A stretch of DNA of 64,000 nt, taken from Oopsacas minuta. Taxonomy: Eukaryota; Animalia; Porifera. The notes beneath the pieces are model-generated. The model saw nothing but the letters and a program-made list of their open reading frames with translations, did not search any database and had not been told where the DNA came from. The number at the start of each line of letters is the position of its first letter. The stretch's first letter is position 1. The DNA is taken from NCBI GenBank assembly GCA_024704765.1, contig JAKMXF010000307.1, positions 310,001-374,000 of the forward strand, given 5' to 3'. Below are positions 1 through 13,000 of this stretch, piece by piece. A program made the position numbers and the translations under genes.

Positions 1-149
1 TGATGACACACGTTTATCAGAACTCTGCCTCCTAGCTTGTGAAAAAGAATTGACCAAAGCTCTCAGCATAAATAGCACAATAGAAATCTTCAATCTGTCA
101 AAAAGAAGAGGGCCTCTATAATTTTAAATTATCTATTAATTTAAAATAA

Positions 150-2564
150 CACAGGTCAACAAAAATTTAACTTCATTATCTCATCAAGTATTAGATTGAC
201 ATCTTCTAAGCTAGTTTTTAACGCTGAATTCAAATCTACTTTCAGATTCTTTCCAGCACGCCCAGTTTGTTTTCCATCTACAAATCAATGATTTTCATGT
301 ATTTCCTAAATTTTTCCTGTTATTTTATGGTAGTGGCTGTCTTTTTGTCTTCTTACATGATAGCCATCTGAAATAAATCAAAGTTTGATGTTTTAGATTA
401 ATGCCAAGATAATATCAGTTATTATCCTAGCTCTTACATATAATTATTCACATTCATGCATGTATCAACTACTCACAAACTAAGGGAAAACACATATCCA
501 TCTAGAAGTATAAAGGTAGCTAACTAAATTAAAGTGTTGAGAGTATGACTTCTTTTTATATATCTTGTTGGAATTATCTCTGAAGAGCCTCCAACAGTAA
601 TCGGACATCATGCCCTCATTCCAGAAACCTTGGTATCGGGTTTCCATCTCCTGTATGTCTTGGTGGAATCTCTCACCCTGTTCATCACTTACAGCACCAA
701 AGTTCTCAGGGAATAATCAAGGTAAGAGTGCAAGAAGTGAAGTTTTAGCGACATGAGAAAGCCCATCTTCTCGTATGCGTTAAGCAAGGTTTTCACTCCT
801 TCTCTGTAGTTGGACGACTTTCTGTTGCCCAAAAAGTTTTCACAAACCCATTTGAAAGAATCCCAAGCACTCATTTCTAATTCGGATAATGTCTTCTCGA
901 AATCTGGATCTCTGAATACTTGTCTGATTTGTGCTCCTACAAATACTCCCTCTTTTATCTTTACCTCGCATAGTTTCGGAAATTTGCCTACCAAATGCAG
1001 AAATCCTGCTGAATTTGTGTTACCCATTGTTTTAACGAATGTTTTCATTAATCCAAGTTTAATATGAAGTGGGGGTAAGAAAACTTTGTTTGGATCTACC
1101 AATGGCGAATGCTGTAAATTGGTTTTCCCACTTCATAGGTTCTCTTCGGCCAATCACATTTTTTATAATGTTCACCAGTTGCTCGGCTGTCCCATAGACA
1201 TAGGAAACAACAATACTTTATAAAACCAAGTTGCAAGCCCATCAATAGCCCGATTATCTTAAGATCATCGCAGATATTCCATATATGTGTTCTATACTGC
1301 ATTGCCTCCAAAACTTCCTGCAAATTAACGAAGGTTTCTTTGAGATAGACGGAGTGAGCAATTGGAACGCCAGGCTTCAGATTTCCGTTATGCAACAGAA
1401 CAGCTTTCAAACTGCGTTTTGATGAGTCGATGAAAAGGCGCCAATCAGAGGAAGAATGTTCTTGTATTAGGTTTGCATTGAGTCCTTCGATATCATTACA
1501 ATAGCACAGTGGACCATCAGTGGTGTAGTATTGTGTGAGATCGAAATTACGCTTGCGATAGTGGGATACTAGGACATCTTTGTCGAGTAGGTTTTTCTGT
1601 TTGAGCCTGGATGCAAGGAGTTCAGCTTTGTCTTTAGATAAGTCTAGATCCCTGACCAGGTCATTCAATTCTCCCAGTGTAAATGTTTGTGGCTCTAGTA
1701 ATTCATCTTCCGGGACATTATTAGCATCTGTAGAATCTGCATGAACATCTTCCACCATATCACACCCGATTTTAATTTGCTGTGGCTTGGGAGTTGGGAT
1801 TGGTAATGAGATGTCGTGTGGAATTGGCCTGCGAGCAGGATCCAAATCTGGGTAAACAAGAGCGTGCTTATTCTTGGCTGAGAATCCTGTAATATCGATA
1901 AGGCAAAAGTAACAATCATTAAGGTGATTTTTCTGTTCCCTCCAGGCCATGGGTATTGCAAATGGCATTGAAACTTCCTTTTATTCAACCAATCACGTAG
2001 TCCACTTGAACAAGAAGTGCATATAACATGTGGTGCCCACGACTTATCTTAGTCACCAAGTGGACATTCGAAGTACAATTTGTATATGTTCTTTAATTGA
2101 TTTGTGATTGGTTGTCTTGGTGATTTTACGCAAAAAAATACCACAAACGTAACAGAAATTGTCGAGATGAGTTCTACAATTATGATGCATGTTTGTAATT
2201 TGATTGGCTTGAATTCAAATAAGTAAAGTCATTTATATTCCAGATAATTGAATCGAAATAGGCATGCTCATATAGCAATTTAGTAACTAGGTAATACTAT
2301 ACTATTGAAAAAGTGGATATTGGATTTCAGAATAACTAGACGTGCTAGAGAAATTCTGATTGCAGATTCGAGTTCAGCATTCAAAAGTATGCTAAGATAA
2401 ATGTATGTGATCTCTGATGAGAAATCTTGTTGAGTTGTCTTATTTGACATAAATAGATGAATATTATCATCGTATATCATTGAAATTTCCATGAGGACCA
2501 GAATAAATAGAGTTACTTGAATTTCGAAAAAATTCGAAAGAAAGCTTTTCTGATTTTGTCCGGT
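150..2564 (-). mobile_element. Chapaev3-like (CMC superfamily) DNA transposon, family 1, frameshifted transposase (~480-2190)
   Basis: Minus-strand fragments HHNCRTHLDNFCYVCG, PFAIPMAWREQKNHLNDCYFC, WRLFIDSSKRSLKAVLLHNG, LPPLHIKLGLMK and DEQGERFHQDI. Left terminus taa|CACAGGTCAACAAAAATTT at 150. Subterminal inverted motif gctgaattcaaatct (~228) / agattcgagttcagc (~2365). Right terminus is degenerate and approximate. Confidence 0.8.
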
Positions 2565-2899
2565 CAACGCATTGATGTAGTAAAAATATATTTGTACGCT
2601 CCGGTAAACGTCTGCAAATTGCTATAATTTCAAAATGTAAGCAGTATAAGCGATTAACAATAAATTACCATCTTCTTTGGTCTCGTGATAGATACAGTAC
2701 TCCAAAGACTATACTAGAACTAAAATATTTCCCTCCAGGCCATCATAACTAGACAACTAAATATCTTTTGGAAACAATCATACTTATAAATTGGGTGCTA
2801 TGTTCCAATATAAAAATACGTCAAATTTATGATTAGCCAAAAACGTTATACAGCATATATTTGGAATAAAATCGTTGTTAAGGTAATTAGATATTTACT

Positions 2900-3660
2900 A
2901 TTGCGAATAGCTATTTAAAATATTCCAAAATATGCTCTCTTTAGCTCGCTATAATCGAAATTCTTATGGGTCATATGTAAAATAGTCAATATTTTGCTAC
3001 CAAGCCGATGATGGAGATTCAAAAACCGTAGTTAAAATTATTATTGAGATCTTGCCTAATATGCCATATCGGCATACTGTGAGGAGGTTGCTCAAGTATT
3101 TTCATCCCAAACCTTTCAACATCTTCGATATCCCATTTGACTTTAAGATTGGATGCCTTATTTTGCAACAGCTGTATTCCTTTGGCTCCACTTTTGTGCC
3201 TGCACTCCAGGTAGTGTCTCTCAATAGCACTGACAACTTGAGTGCTTTAAAACCGTCCAATAACTCATTCTTAGGTACGCAAATCCTAGCTACTTGATCA
3301 TCCCATCGAAACATATTGCATACATTACTTTCTTTGGTCTGAAGTCTGGAATTGGGTTTTATTGATCGATTCGCCGGAGGTAGCCACATTAAGATTTTTC
3401 TTTAGATGAGTCCTGAGAATAATGAATTCAGGTTTCATAATCAGTCACTAACTCATCTAGCCTCGGTTTCATCTGATTTTCGAACCGTATCAACAGAATA
3501 TTGCAATTCGCTCGTGTTTTTCCTTCTGATTTTCAGATAATAAATATGGGACCCAGATGCAAGACACATTCCTAATTCTAAGTTCTTCGATATACTGTTC
3601 CAGTAGTACTCTCATTATAACTACATATCACCTAAATTGAATAGCGAGGGTAGTTGGATA
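2900..3660 (-). pseudogene. Highly degenerate mariner transposase relic
   Basis: Minus-strand fragments WVPYLLSENQK, LDELVTDYET (DETW-like), RPKKVMYAICF and KILEQPPHS, across stops and frameshifts. Ends not defined. Confidence 0.6.
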
Positions 3661-4218
3661 AAGATTCCTTACTTTATTGATCGAAGTCCTGTCATCGCTG
3701 TTTAAAGCCATATCAAATATGTTATAAAAGTGAGATAGTCCAAACAACTGGTATTTCATGTAGATTCACGATAAAGGAAATTTAAGTGATATCTATGTAA
3801 GAATAGATATATGTTGGGGTAGATAAATATATCAATTTGGTAAAATTGAACATAATTCTAGTTTCTAATGTAGTGATCAGGCTGCCTGATTTTACTTGCA
3901 GAAATTATTGCTCAATAACAATTATCATGGAAAATGATGTTTTTCAAAGGGCTGGGAACTTATTTGAGATTTGAGGAAATGGGCTTACTGGAGTCTATTA
4001 GTAAATAATTTTCAATTTTCTGAAAATATATTTCTATCTAATCATATGTACTCCAGGCTTATCAATTGACCTGTTAGTTCTGTTTCAGAAATCGTCTTAC
4101 TACCACACCTGTTGTTCCGCCTAACTAATATCACTGATGTTAAACTGATAATCACCAGCTAGAATATATTGGATGATATTATATCAAAGAATTAAGTACA
4201 AAACTATATTTCAAACTA

Positions 4219-5523
4219 CAGAGTGACACATAAATACTGTTACAACCTTTAAAACTACCGTAGAGTAGATGAATACAATTCAATATCGTTGATACTTATC
4301 CAATATATTGTCTACATATCTATTTTATCTCAATAAATCACATCAGCTGTATCTCACTTAGAAGTTTTATAATCTCAACATTTTGTAATGGAGACTCGTA
4401 GTTCAGCTGTTATTGAGCTATTCAAGGCCGGAAAATGCAGAAATGAAATTGCCTCTTTGCTCAGTTACAATATAATGTTTATTTCACGAACTTTGTCACG
4501 GTTTGCTGATACAGGGGACGTGTTAGACCGACCACGACCTGGCCGTCCACGTACTGCACGGACAATTTCTTTGACCAAGAGGGTGCTACAACGGATTAAA
4601 CGAAATCTCGCCCGAAGTATTCAAAAATGGCCATTGAAACAAATACAAACAGGGAATCGATGCAGAAGCGTGTTTGTAATGATATGGACATGAAAGCATA
4701 CAAAAAGAAAAAAAGCAAGTCCTCACAGCCAAAAATAAAAGTATGAGGTTGGAAAGATGCAAGGCCATGCTTTTATGTTTCACCAATGGTCGATACAAGC
4801 AGATCCTTTTCTCTGATGAGAAATTATTTACTGTTCAGCAGGTCCTAAACAAGCAAAATCATAGGATTTCAGCCACCGATAAGAGTACTTTGCCTGAATC
4901 TACTTTTCGGGTCTCTAGAACGCAGAAACCAGCTTCAGTGATGGTATGGGCCAGGATTACTGCAACTGGCCGGACAACTTTGATATTTATCTCCAAGGTA
5001 TGAAAATCAACCAATCGGTTTATCAGGAATCAATTCTTGAGAATGTTTCGAAGCCTTGGGCACAATCACATTTTGGAAACGACCTATGGGAATTCCAGCA
5101 AGATTCTGCCCCAGCTCACAAGGCTAAAGGCACTCAAAAGTGGTGCAAGACCAATTTTCCGGGGTCATTTCTTCCGAAGGTGGCCCCCTTGTTCGCCAGA
5201 CCTCAACCAAATCGACTTCTCTAAATGGTCCATATTGGAGGAGAGGGTTAACGCTACACCCCATCGTTCAGTTGAGGTTCTTAAGAGTACATTATTAAGA
5301 GAGTGGTCAAAGATTCCGGATGAGCATGTGTGTGCCAGTGTAGACTCCTTCATCGTCCGTCTGAAAAGCTGCATTAAGGCAAAAGGCGATACATTAGAGC
5401 AATACTTTCTTAATTTTCAACCCTATAGTATACCTAAACATAATTTAGACTAATAGAACGATCGCTCCAATAGTTTATGTTTTCAGCCCTTATATATTTT
5501 AACAGTATTTATGTGTCACCCCG
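4219..5523 (+). mobile_element. Tc1/mariner DD37D (maT-type) element with frameshifted transposase
   Basis: 24-bp TIRs CAGAGTGACACATAAATACTGTTA / TAACAGTATTTATGTGTCACCCCG (2 mismatches) and TA on both sides. Fragments METRSSAVIELF..GRPRT, LFSDEKLF, FQQDSAPAH, WPPCSPDLNQIDF. Confidence 0.9.
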
Positions 5524-6699
5524 TAAAAATATGATCTATCTTTCAACAAAAATAATGCTAAACCCTTCCTTCTGCGAAATTGTAGTTAAACGCCTATTAT
5601 CAAATGTTTTTTGAAAGGTCAGGAGATTTATACATAGAATATTCCAGGGATGGGGATACTAAGTTCCTCAAAGGCTACATTTTATTCCTGGATATTTATT
5701 TAATTATTACCTTCAATTGTGAGATTTTAGAAACTTTAACACGTCGGCTTTAGAACCTATTTCCTAGCAGGATAAGGACATCTCCTTAATGTCAACAGGA
5801 ATTCAACAAACCTCTAAAGCACCCAGGGAGTTGAATCGCAGCTTGACAAATTAATTTTAGTTAGATAATCCTTAATATTTAATGGATACCATCATTACGT
5901 AATGGAATTAGTTGTACAAATATGTTTTTTAAGAATTTATCATGCTTCAGGATATGGAGTCCCTGCACACAAACTACAATCTCGTTACTCTTAAGTGCTC
6001 TTAAACTTTCCCTGCATATTCCAAACTAGCGTTGGCATTATGCGAGAGAATAGTTTATGGCAAGAAAGAGCTAGAATTCCGAGTTCCACTATCCATAATC
6101 CAGGGACAATCCACTCAATGAATGTACATTTGATTGACATATGTTGGTACGTATAGTTGATTGGGTAACATAGCTGTAAATTCCCTATATTGGGAATATT
6201 CATATATATATTGCACTATAATATTTTGGAAAGATAAAATACATAAAAATATTCCTACATAGTATATTCTTACATTGTTATCCACTGAACAATAATACAT
6301 AGAAATAAGTTTTTCATTCAGTCGCTCTGCCCGCCATTATACGAATGTTCACATCATTTGTTAAAAACCACTGGTTCTGTAAATAATTTCTCTCATCCAT
6401 CAAATAACTGAAGACAGTGGAATTCTATAAACATAGTCTGCATTAGGCTAAACTAGACGTATTGTAATTAGAGTGACTTCCAAATTGTTTTGATTCACCA
6501 ATTTTCAGGAGTTTACAGATATGGAATTATCGGTGAAAATAAGAATAGTATCCTAGATTGCCTATCAAAATTGACAGATAACATGTTGTCTGAAAGCTTT
6601 GAATTGGTTAGAATACAGCTGACTAATGCGAACACCCAGAACGTCAAATATCAACCAGGACAGCAGAGAAATATCGACCTAGGCTCATGTACAATTGAT

Positions 6700-7230
6700 A
6701 CAAATATACCTATTGCTGTCAGGTAGGTAGAGGAGAGCCTGAGTATATCTAAACTACCATACATAGAAATATAACAGAGGACTTAAAATTGATCCTGGTT
6801 GTTAGTAGATGGGAGCCAAAATAATGAGCCAATTAGAGTACACGTCAACATGTAGAGGTTTATCGTTACTGACTAAAATAGCGGAAGAAAGAGATAGACT
6901 TCATTGAACTCATTACCGGTGTGGACCAAATTATATACATGTATTTACAGGAACCCATAATCCTACTCTGAACAAGCTAAAGAGCAAAAGGTCCTCAAGA
7001 AACAGAATGACAAGTCACTTTGGGGGTAGAGAGGCCGTACTGCAAATAGAATAGCAACTTGAGAAAACAACTACCTTCAATAGTGAGTATTATATAAAAG
7101 GGATTAGAAAACAGCTAGTAGCATTCAGGGTAAGCCGAGTTGGAAACTAAACAAAAAAGTTCTACTCCAACACACTAATGCTAGGTTCAAAGTCAATACT
7201 CTGAGCGATTAGAAGTTCGGGATTCGAATA
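6700..7230 (+). pseudogene. Possible very old Ty3/Gypsy pol relic (RT C-terminus / RNase H)
   Basis: Scattered motif-like pieces: PYI..GLKIDP (6779), G.EAVLQ (7034), IRKQLVAF, FKVNT. No LTRs seen. Confidence 0.35.
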
Positions 7231-7989
7231 TCTCCCTCAACCAGCATATTGTCTAGTTCTGGCTCCAAAGGACTATTGATTGTTTGAGAAAACGATTTCC
7301 CTTCGTGAAAACATATTTAACGGATTTAGTGTGTTGAGGTCGGATGTAGAACTGTTAGTATAGGAGTAGAGCATATATAATAAAAGTTGTTAATTTTATG
7401 GTAAATATAGAATTATTGAACAATGATTCTATGAATGATAAAGACTATTTTCAGAGAAGGATAAATGTGCTACTTTGAACACATTTTGAAAAATTTTAAT
7501 AACCTAATAGACCACATAGTTCAGTAGCTTAAGTAGAAAAATGGTATGATCATCTTTACTGAGTTTGTTCCTGAACACAAATAACTCATTTTGGGATAAG
7601 GAACTCCAATTTTATTGTGTCGGATACAATTGATCACTTTACCGACACATTTGGAAGGTATTAATATCCAGCTAACGAGTATATGAGGTTCAAATATTAA
7701 TGCAGATAATTGTGATCAGTGTAAAACTCCCGGTTGTACAAGTGCTCACCACAACACTTTGTTCATGACAACGAAAAAATGTAATGTATATTTTCGGCCA
7801 CGACATATTCTTACAATGTGTATCTATTGTATGTTAAGAATTTTCGGGAATGTATCAAATAATAATCCAGTAAGCATTACTAGAAATATATCCATGGGAA
7901 TCATCAAATTTGCGGAATATTTTGCTCCATTGGAAGAGATTTCGATTGACAATGGTTGGATATATATGGGTAAATGATTGTATGAATTC

Positions 7990-7998
7990 TCATATCTC
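7990..7998 (-). CDS. Candidate terminal coding segment of the RhoGEF (KWIS|EI-stop)
   Basis: Acceptor tttttag|GAG ATA TGA lies 205 bp past the exon C donor and is in phase. An alternative acceptor at 8044 gives ANDGPRDNCILRDF-stop. The true next exon could lie outside the window. Confidence 0.25.
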   Translation of the reverse strand, partial: EI

Positions 7999-8203
7999 CT
8001 AAAAATCTCGAAGGATACAATTATCTCGTGGGCCATCGTTTGCCTAACTCTATCATATTTATGCGAAACAAATGCAGCGAATACAACAATAAATATGCAG
8101 AAACATTATAAGGGCAAGGGTATCAATGCAATGTGAAAACGATGGGAATGTTAACAAAATTATTGCAAAGTGCGAACAGGAATATTGGAAAATAACTACT
8201 TAC

Positions 8204-8479
8204 AGAAATCCACTTTTGCTTGTCAAATAAATTGAAAGCGTGAATATTCATTCTGGGAAATGGCTGAACATCATCAGAAAGAATTGCAAATATATCGTAA
8301 GCAGAAGGAGAAGGAGAAACAAGAACTCGCATTGCACATGTTCTGAATGAGCAAACGTAAGAATATTGAGTTTTATCAATTCTGGTAACAATCAAACTCA
8401 AGTCAAATAGGAAAATATAATAAGATAAAAAATCATGCGAAACAAAAGGTCGTTTTGTTTCAACATCAGAGAAAGCACC
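8204..8479 (-). CDS. RhoGEF exon C: PH domain (276 bp, phase 0-0)
   Basis: Acceptor ttcttatttag|GGT at 8480, donor TCT|GTAAGT at 8203. Encodes GAFSDVETK...YIFLFDLSLIVTRIDKTQYSY...NIHAFNLFDKQKWIS, with a PH beta-strand (xFLFxxxLI) and the C-terminal helix tryptophan. Confidence 0.8.
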
Positions 8480-8737
8480 CTAAATAAGAATATAAAATAG
8501 GCACAATAAGAAAATAAGACAGGAAATTTTGCTAAGATTCAAAAATGTTCACAAAAAATATAGGAAAATAGAGCTCTGCCTCACCTAAACTAACTGGCGC
8601 AACCTGAAGTAGTAGTTATAATATCTCAGAGTGAAATAAGCGAAATTAGGAAACAATAAACTGAATACTGCCGGCAAATTTTGAGTAAATCATAGGCTAA
8701 TAAACATAAGGCCGAACAGTATCTCGAAGTTTTGCCA

Positions 8738-9250
8738 CCAAGGATGCAGTATTATCTGAAAGCATTTATAGACATGGTTTCTGTATTGCAGAAAGATGCA
8801 TTTTGGCTGAAGAAATGTAATAGATTTTTGTAGGAAATCTAATTTCACACAGATAAATGCTAAAAACTTTTAGGAATGTGTAAAATTTGTCCCTAGTAAG
8901 CATTTATTTAGCATAATATATAATTCTTTGATGCCTTGTAGAATGTGAAATATTGCATTTATCAACTAAAAGTGAATAAATGAAATGATCTATAGATCAT
9001 TTCTTTTATCCACTTTTAGTTGATTAATGCAATATTTATCACTCTGCAAGGCATCAAGGAATGATATATTTTACTAAATAAGTGCTTCCTAGAGACATAT
9101 CTTTGACACATTCCTAAAGATTTTCAGCATTTATTGATGTAAAATTTTATGTTCTACTAATCTGCGAAACATGTATTCAGGCAAAAATGCACCTTTTCTA
9201 CAATAAAGAACCATGTCTATAAATGCTTTCAGCTAATACAGCATCCCTGG
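8738..9250. repeat. ~510-bp spacer-less palindrome (foldback MITE-like)
   Basis: Left arm CCAAGGATGCAGTATTATCTGAAAGCATTTATAGACATGG pairs with right arm CCATGTCTATAAATGCTTTCAGCTAATACAGCATCCCTGG. Perfect central palindrome GAAATGATCTATAGATCATTTC (8982-9003). Flanks are CA / TA. Confidence 0.9.
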
Positions 9251-10084
9251 TACTTTTACTGTTAGACCTTAGATTAAAGGAGGCTAAGGAAAACAAAGTG
9301 TTGAAGCCAGAATGCTCCTACAAATTATGAGCTCAACTATAAGAACGTAATTCGTCAGGTAGGGATATGCCAGGCTCCAAGAAGTATTGCTCTGCTCGAC
9401 CCAGTATTTTGAACAGGTCTCAAGTGTGGGTAGATCCAATTAAGTGGTATGAGTGGGAATGGTGTTTTGATAATATTATAGCCTAATGATCAACTGTAAA
9501 AGTGCGAACTGGCGTAGGAACCGAGCAAAGATTTCTGGGGTCGATGAACACTACAAATGTGTCATTGGAGACAATGAAAAGAGTAGAATACAAAATAATT
9601 AGATAATTAAGCTAGGGTTATTATAACCGATGTCTATTTATCCGGGATCTACTGTACCTTGTTTTCAAGGCTTCCTATTAGTTGTCCCAGCTATTTTGGA
9701 ATTTGCTAATCTCATTTATCTCGAAAGTTTGACATTAAATTTGGGAAGACCTCGATCAAATATAGAGTGTCGAGTAGATAGTTCTGTTAGAAGCAGGAAT
9801 TTCTAAGAAAATTTCGCTAAACAACTATGGAAACAATCAAAATTGTGAATAACTAGTGAAGAAGAATTAAGCGTAGAAAGTAACTCTAGCTTATAGCAAA
9901 AATATTCGAGAAAATCATGGATGAATATATATTCTGAAAGGGTTCAGTAAATTTTCCCATTTATTCAACTTAAAAACAAAAAGAATGGCAATTATTGATT
10001 TTAGAACTAAGAATCCTAGTTGTAAAAAGTGAATGTAGTGAAAATAAATAGGGAGGAGATCTAATGTTAAAAAATAGAGAAATA

Positions 10085-13000
10085 CAGGAGCATTCAATAT
10101 ACACTAATCATCGTATATTAGTAATGAAATAGCAGTTCTAAGCTAGTAATTCTCAGTGTAATTATATAGAACCATAATTCAACTTTCAAACAAAACTTAA
10201 AGAGAGTTGATCACATAATTATTTCCCAAGTTTCAGTCATTTTTAGAAACCTACAATTTCTCCTTTACATTTATCATGACTTCTTGTCCAAAATTTTCGG
10301 AGCTTGAACAACGAACGTACATCAAATTTCGCAACACATTCTCTAAATCCCTCCAAAGTCTATTCATGACGAGTTGGCAACGATATTTGGAGAAGATACT
10401 TTATCGTATTCAACTGTCAGGAGGTGGGTGAGCCTATTTAGGGAAGGTAGGACCTCTGTCCAAGACGCCCCTCGTCCAGGAGCACCAAACTGGAGACCAA
10501 CAATGACAAATTGAGTGAAGTAAAGCAATATGTTGAGTCTCTTCCGCATTCTTCGGTTGAGGAGGTAGCTAACTATGTTGGCATTTCAACGGGAAGTGCA
10601 CACACAATTCTGAAGGCGGATTTAGAACAGAGGAAGGTCCATGTGTGATGGGTACCACATTGCTTAACCTTTCCACAAATGCCGCGAGACTCCAAATGGC
10701 TAAGGAAAACCTTGAAATTTATGAAGGGAGTGACTCTAGGCGGTTATTAGAGAGAGTAACAGAAGATAAAACATGGATACAATTCAAACCACCGATCAGA
10801 AAGCAAGATGGCAGAGTATGGCTAAAGAAGGAAGAGGTACCTCCAGCTGTTTGTGTGTCCGATTTCCGTGCCCCGAAGGTCTTGTACTGCATATTTTTCG
10901 ATGGTCCAGGTCCTGTAGCCCAAATCCCTGTTCCCAAAGGTCAGACACTCACAGGACAATTTTACGCAGATGTGGTGTTGCCTGAAGTCGAAAACATTAT
11001 CTTAAGATAGTCCAAAGACTGGAACTCGTGGTCTCAAGATTTTGCACAATAATGCTGGACATTAGGCCGGATCGAGAAAAGTATAAATCATCGGTTCAAC
11101 TTCTACCTAAGGGAAAAGTTGCCTTTACCATTTTCTAGGAAAATGCGAGACTTAAATTTGAAAAATATTTCGATTTGACCCTTGCGGTTTTATATTTTTG
11201 CTGTGTCACTTTCGCAAAATTGATTTTATATTGTCCGAATTTTCAAATTCCTTTGACTTAGCCCCTTTATATATATTATTTGGTAATAGTAAGTCGCATA
11301 TTTGCTATTGAATGGTATATTAATCGAATTTCTATGTCCAAGGATACTCAAGTTATCAAGATTTCTTTTGCATATTCTATCATACCCTAATATTATTACC
11401 CACCCCCCTTTTTTCCGATTATTTGAAAATTATTAGCTTTTTTATCTATTGTGGTATATGTCTCGCATCTTCTCCTGTTACTGAACACGAACTTTTAGTG
11501 ACTAATTGAATAGTTCTTTCAACAGCTTGTGTATGACATGGATATGCTGGAATTTCTAGTGGAGTACGTACACAATTAATTAGTACTTCTTTTGAGAGGT
11601 ATCTTGTAAAAGGCGGTTCTGTGATAAAAGAGGTTTCCCTATCAATCATATCCACATATGTTTCAGTAGTGAACCTAATTGAAGGAAGATTAAATGAGCG
11701 AATTTCAATCGGTCTAAATGATGAACTGTTAATTCGGATATCTAAAATAGTCTTCACTGCCTTTTGTCTAATTTGTTCATCATTATCTGCAAGCATCGAT
11801 AACAGGAGATTTCTGGATGACAAAAATATGAGTTTCTCTATATCACATCGCAAATTACTTCTTGGTCAGACTCCGATAGATCTCGCAGCAAAGATATCGC
11901 AAAAAACATATTTTTAGGTCCATCTGTGCAAATCGAGTTACTCCTGATTCTAAACCAAACTGGTGCATAATAATTCACAACAAAATTGACAAATTCGGCA
12001 TAATTCAGGTGTGGTTTGTATCGTAGAAATGTACGACCCAAGTAATCTGTTGGCCAGTGTTGTCCATCTAGCATGATGTAAAGGACCAGGTTGCATCGAT
12101 GCCAGTTCAGATGAGCAAATACCAGTCTGAACTGCATGGCAGATATTATATAGATATTTCTAATCTTTATTTAAATTCTTGAGACTATCGCAATCAATAA
12201 GTTGAGTTTTACCGCATAAAGGATGATACGCTGCAATTGGTTTGCAAGTAAAATCACAATTAAGTTCTTTACCAATTACTCCTTTAAAAGAATTGGGTCC
12301 ACTGGTTTTTCCATCTATTATTTGAAAGAGATGCCTCAATGGAAGTTCATTACCATGTAATTGGCAAATAAACCAGTGGAGTGGTTTTGTGAACTCTAGT
12401 TCAAGTAATCTAATACACCCATTGTAGATTCCAGTGTCAATTCGAACTCCATCAGCTCCAACCGCCATTAAATTTGAATTACGCTCCCTGCAAAGATCAG
12501 TCAATTCCTTTGCTATATCTTTGGCTTTACCAGAACTTGGTGTTATATGGGCAACATACTGATTCCCCGGTTCAGATAAGACAGTATAATGTTCTTCATT
12601 TGCAGTATCCTGATGCAAATGTCCATCTTCTCTTTCTACCAGTACTCGAGTTTGATCTTTACGGCCATCAAAATATATTGCAGATATATCATTGATAGTT
12701 TCGTGAGCCTCATTAGCCAATTCCTTTCTCACAGAGAATCTAGATCTACGGAGTTTGTTTCTATCAATAATTTGACTATCTTCTTCCTGTGTGATAATAC
12801 CGTAATCCTGCAGTACTGCGTTAGCTATAGCTGCGCCTGCCCGATCGCTAATTTGATATCTATCACACATTATGGCTAAATTTCGTAATTGATTATGATT
12901 ACGTGTATACTTGTGAGTATTAGATGTACTCGAGTCAAAAGATTCAAACTCTTCAAAGTCACATTCTATAAATTCTTGCGAAGGTTGAACTGCATGTAAT

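Noticed and set aside
7824-8036. 70-aa ORF as the next RhoGEF exon
   Set aside because: No upstream AG acceptor places it in phase 0 with the exon C donor, and it has no recognisable domain.
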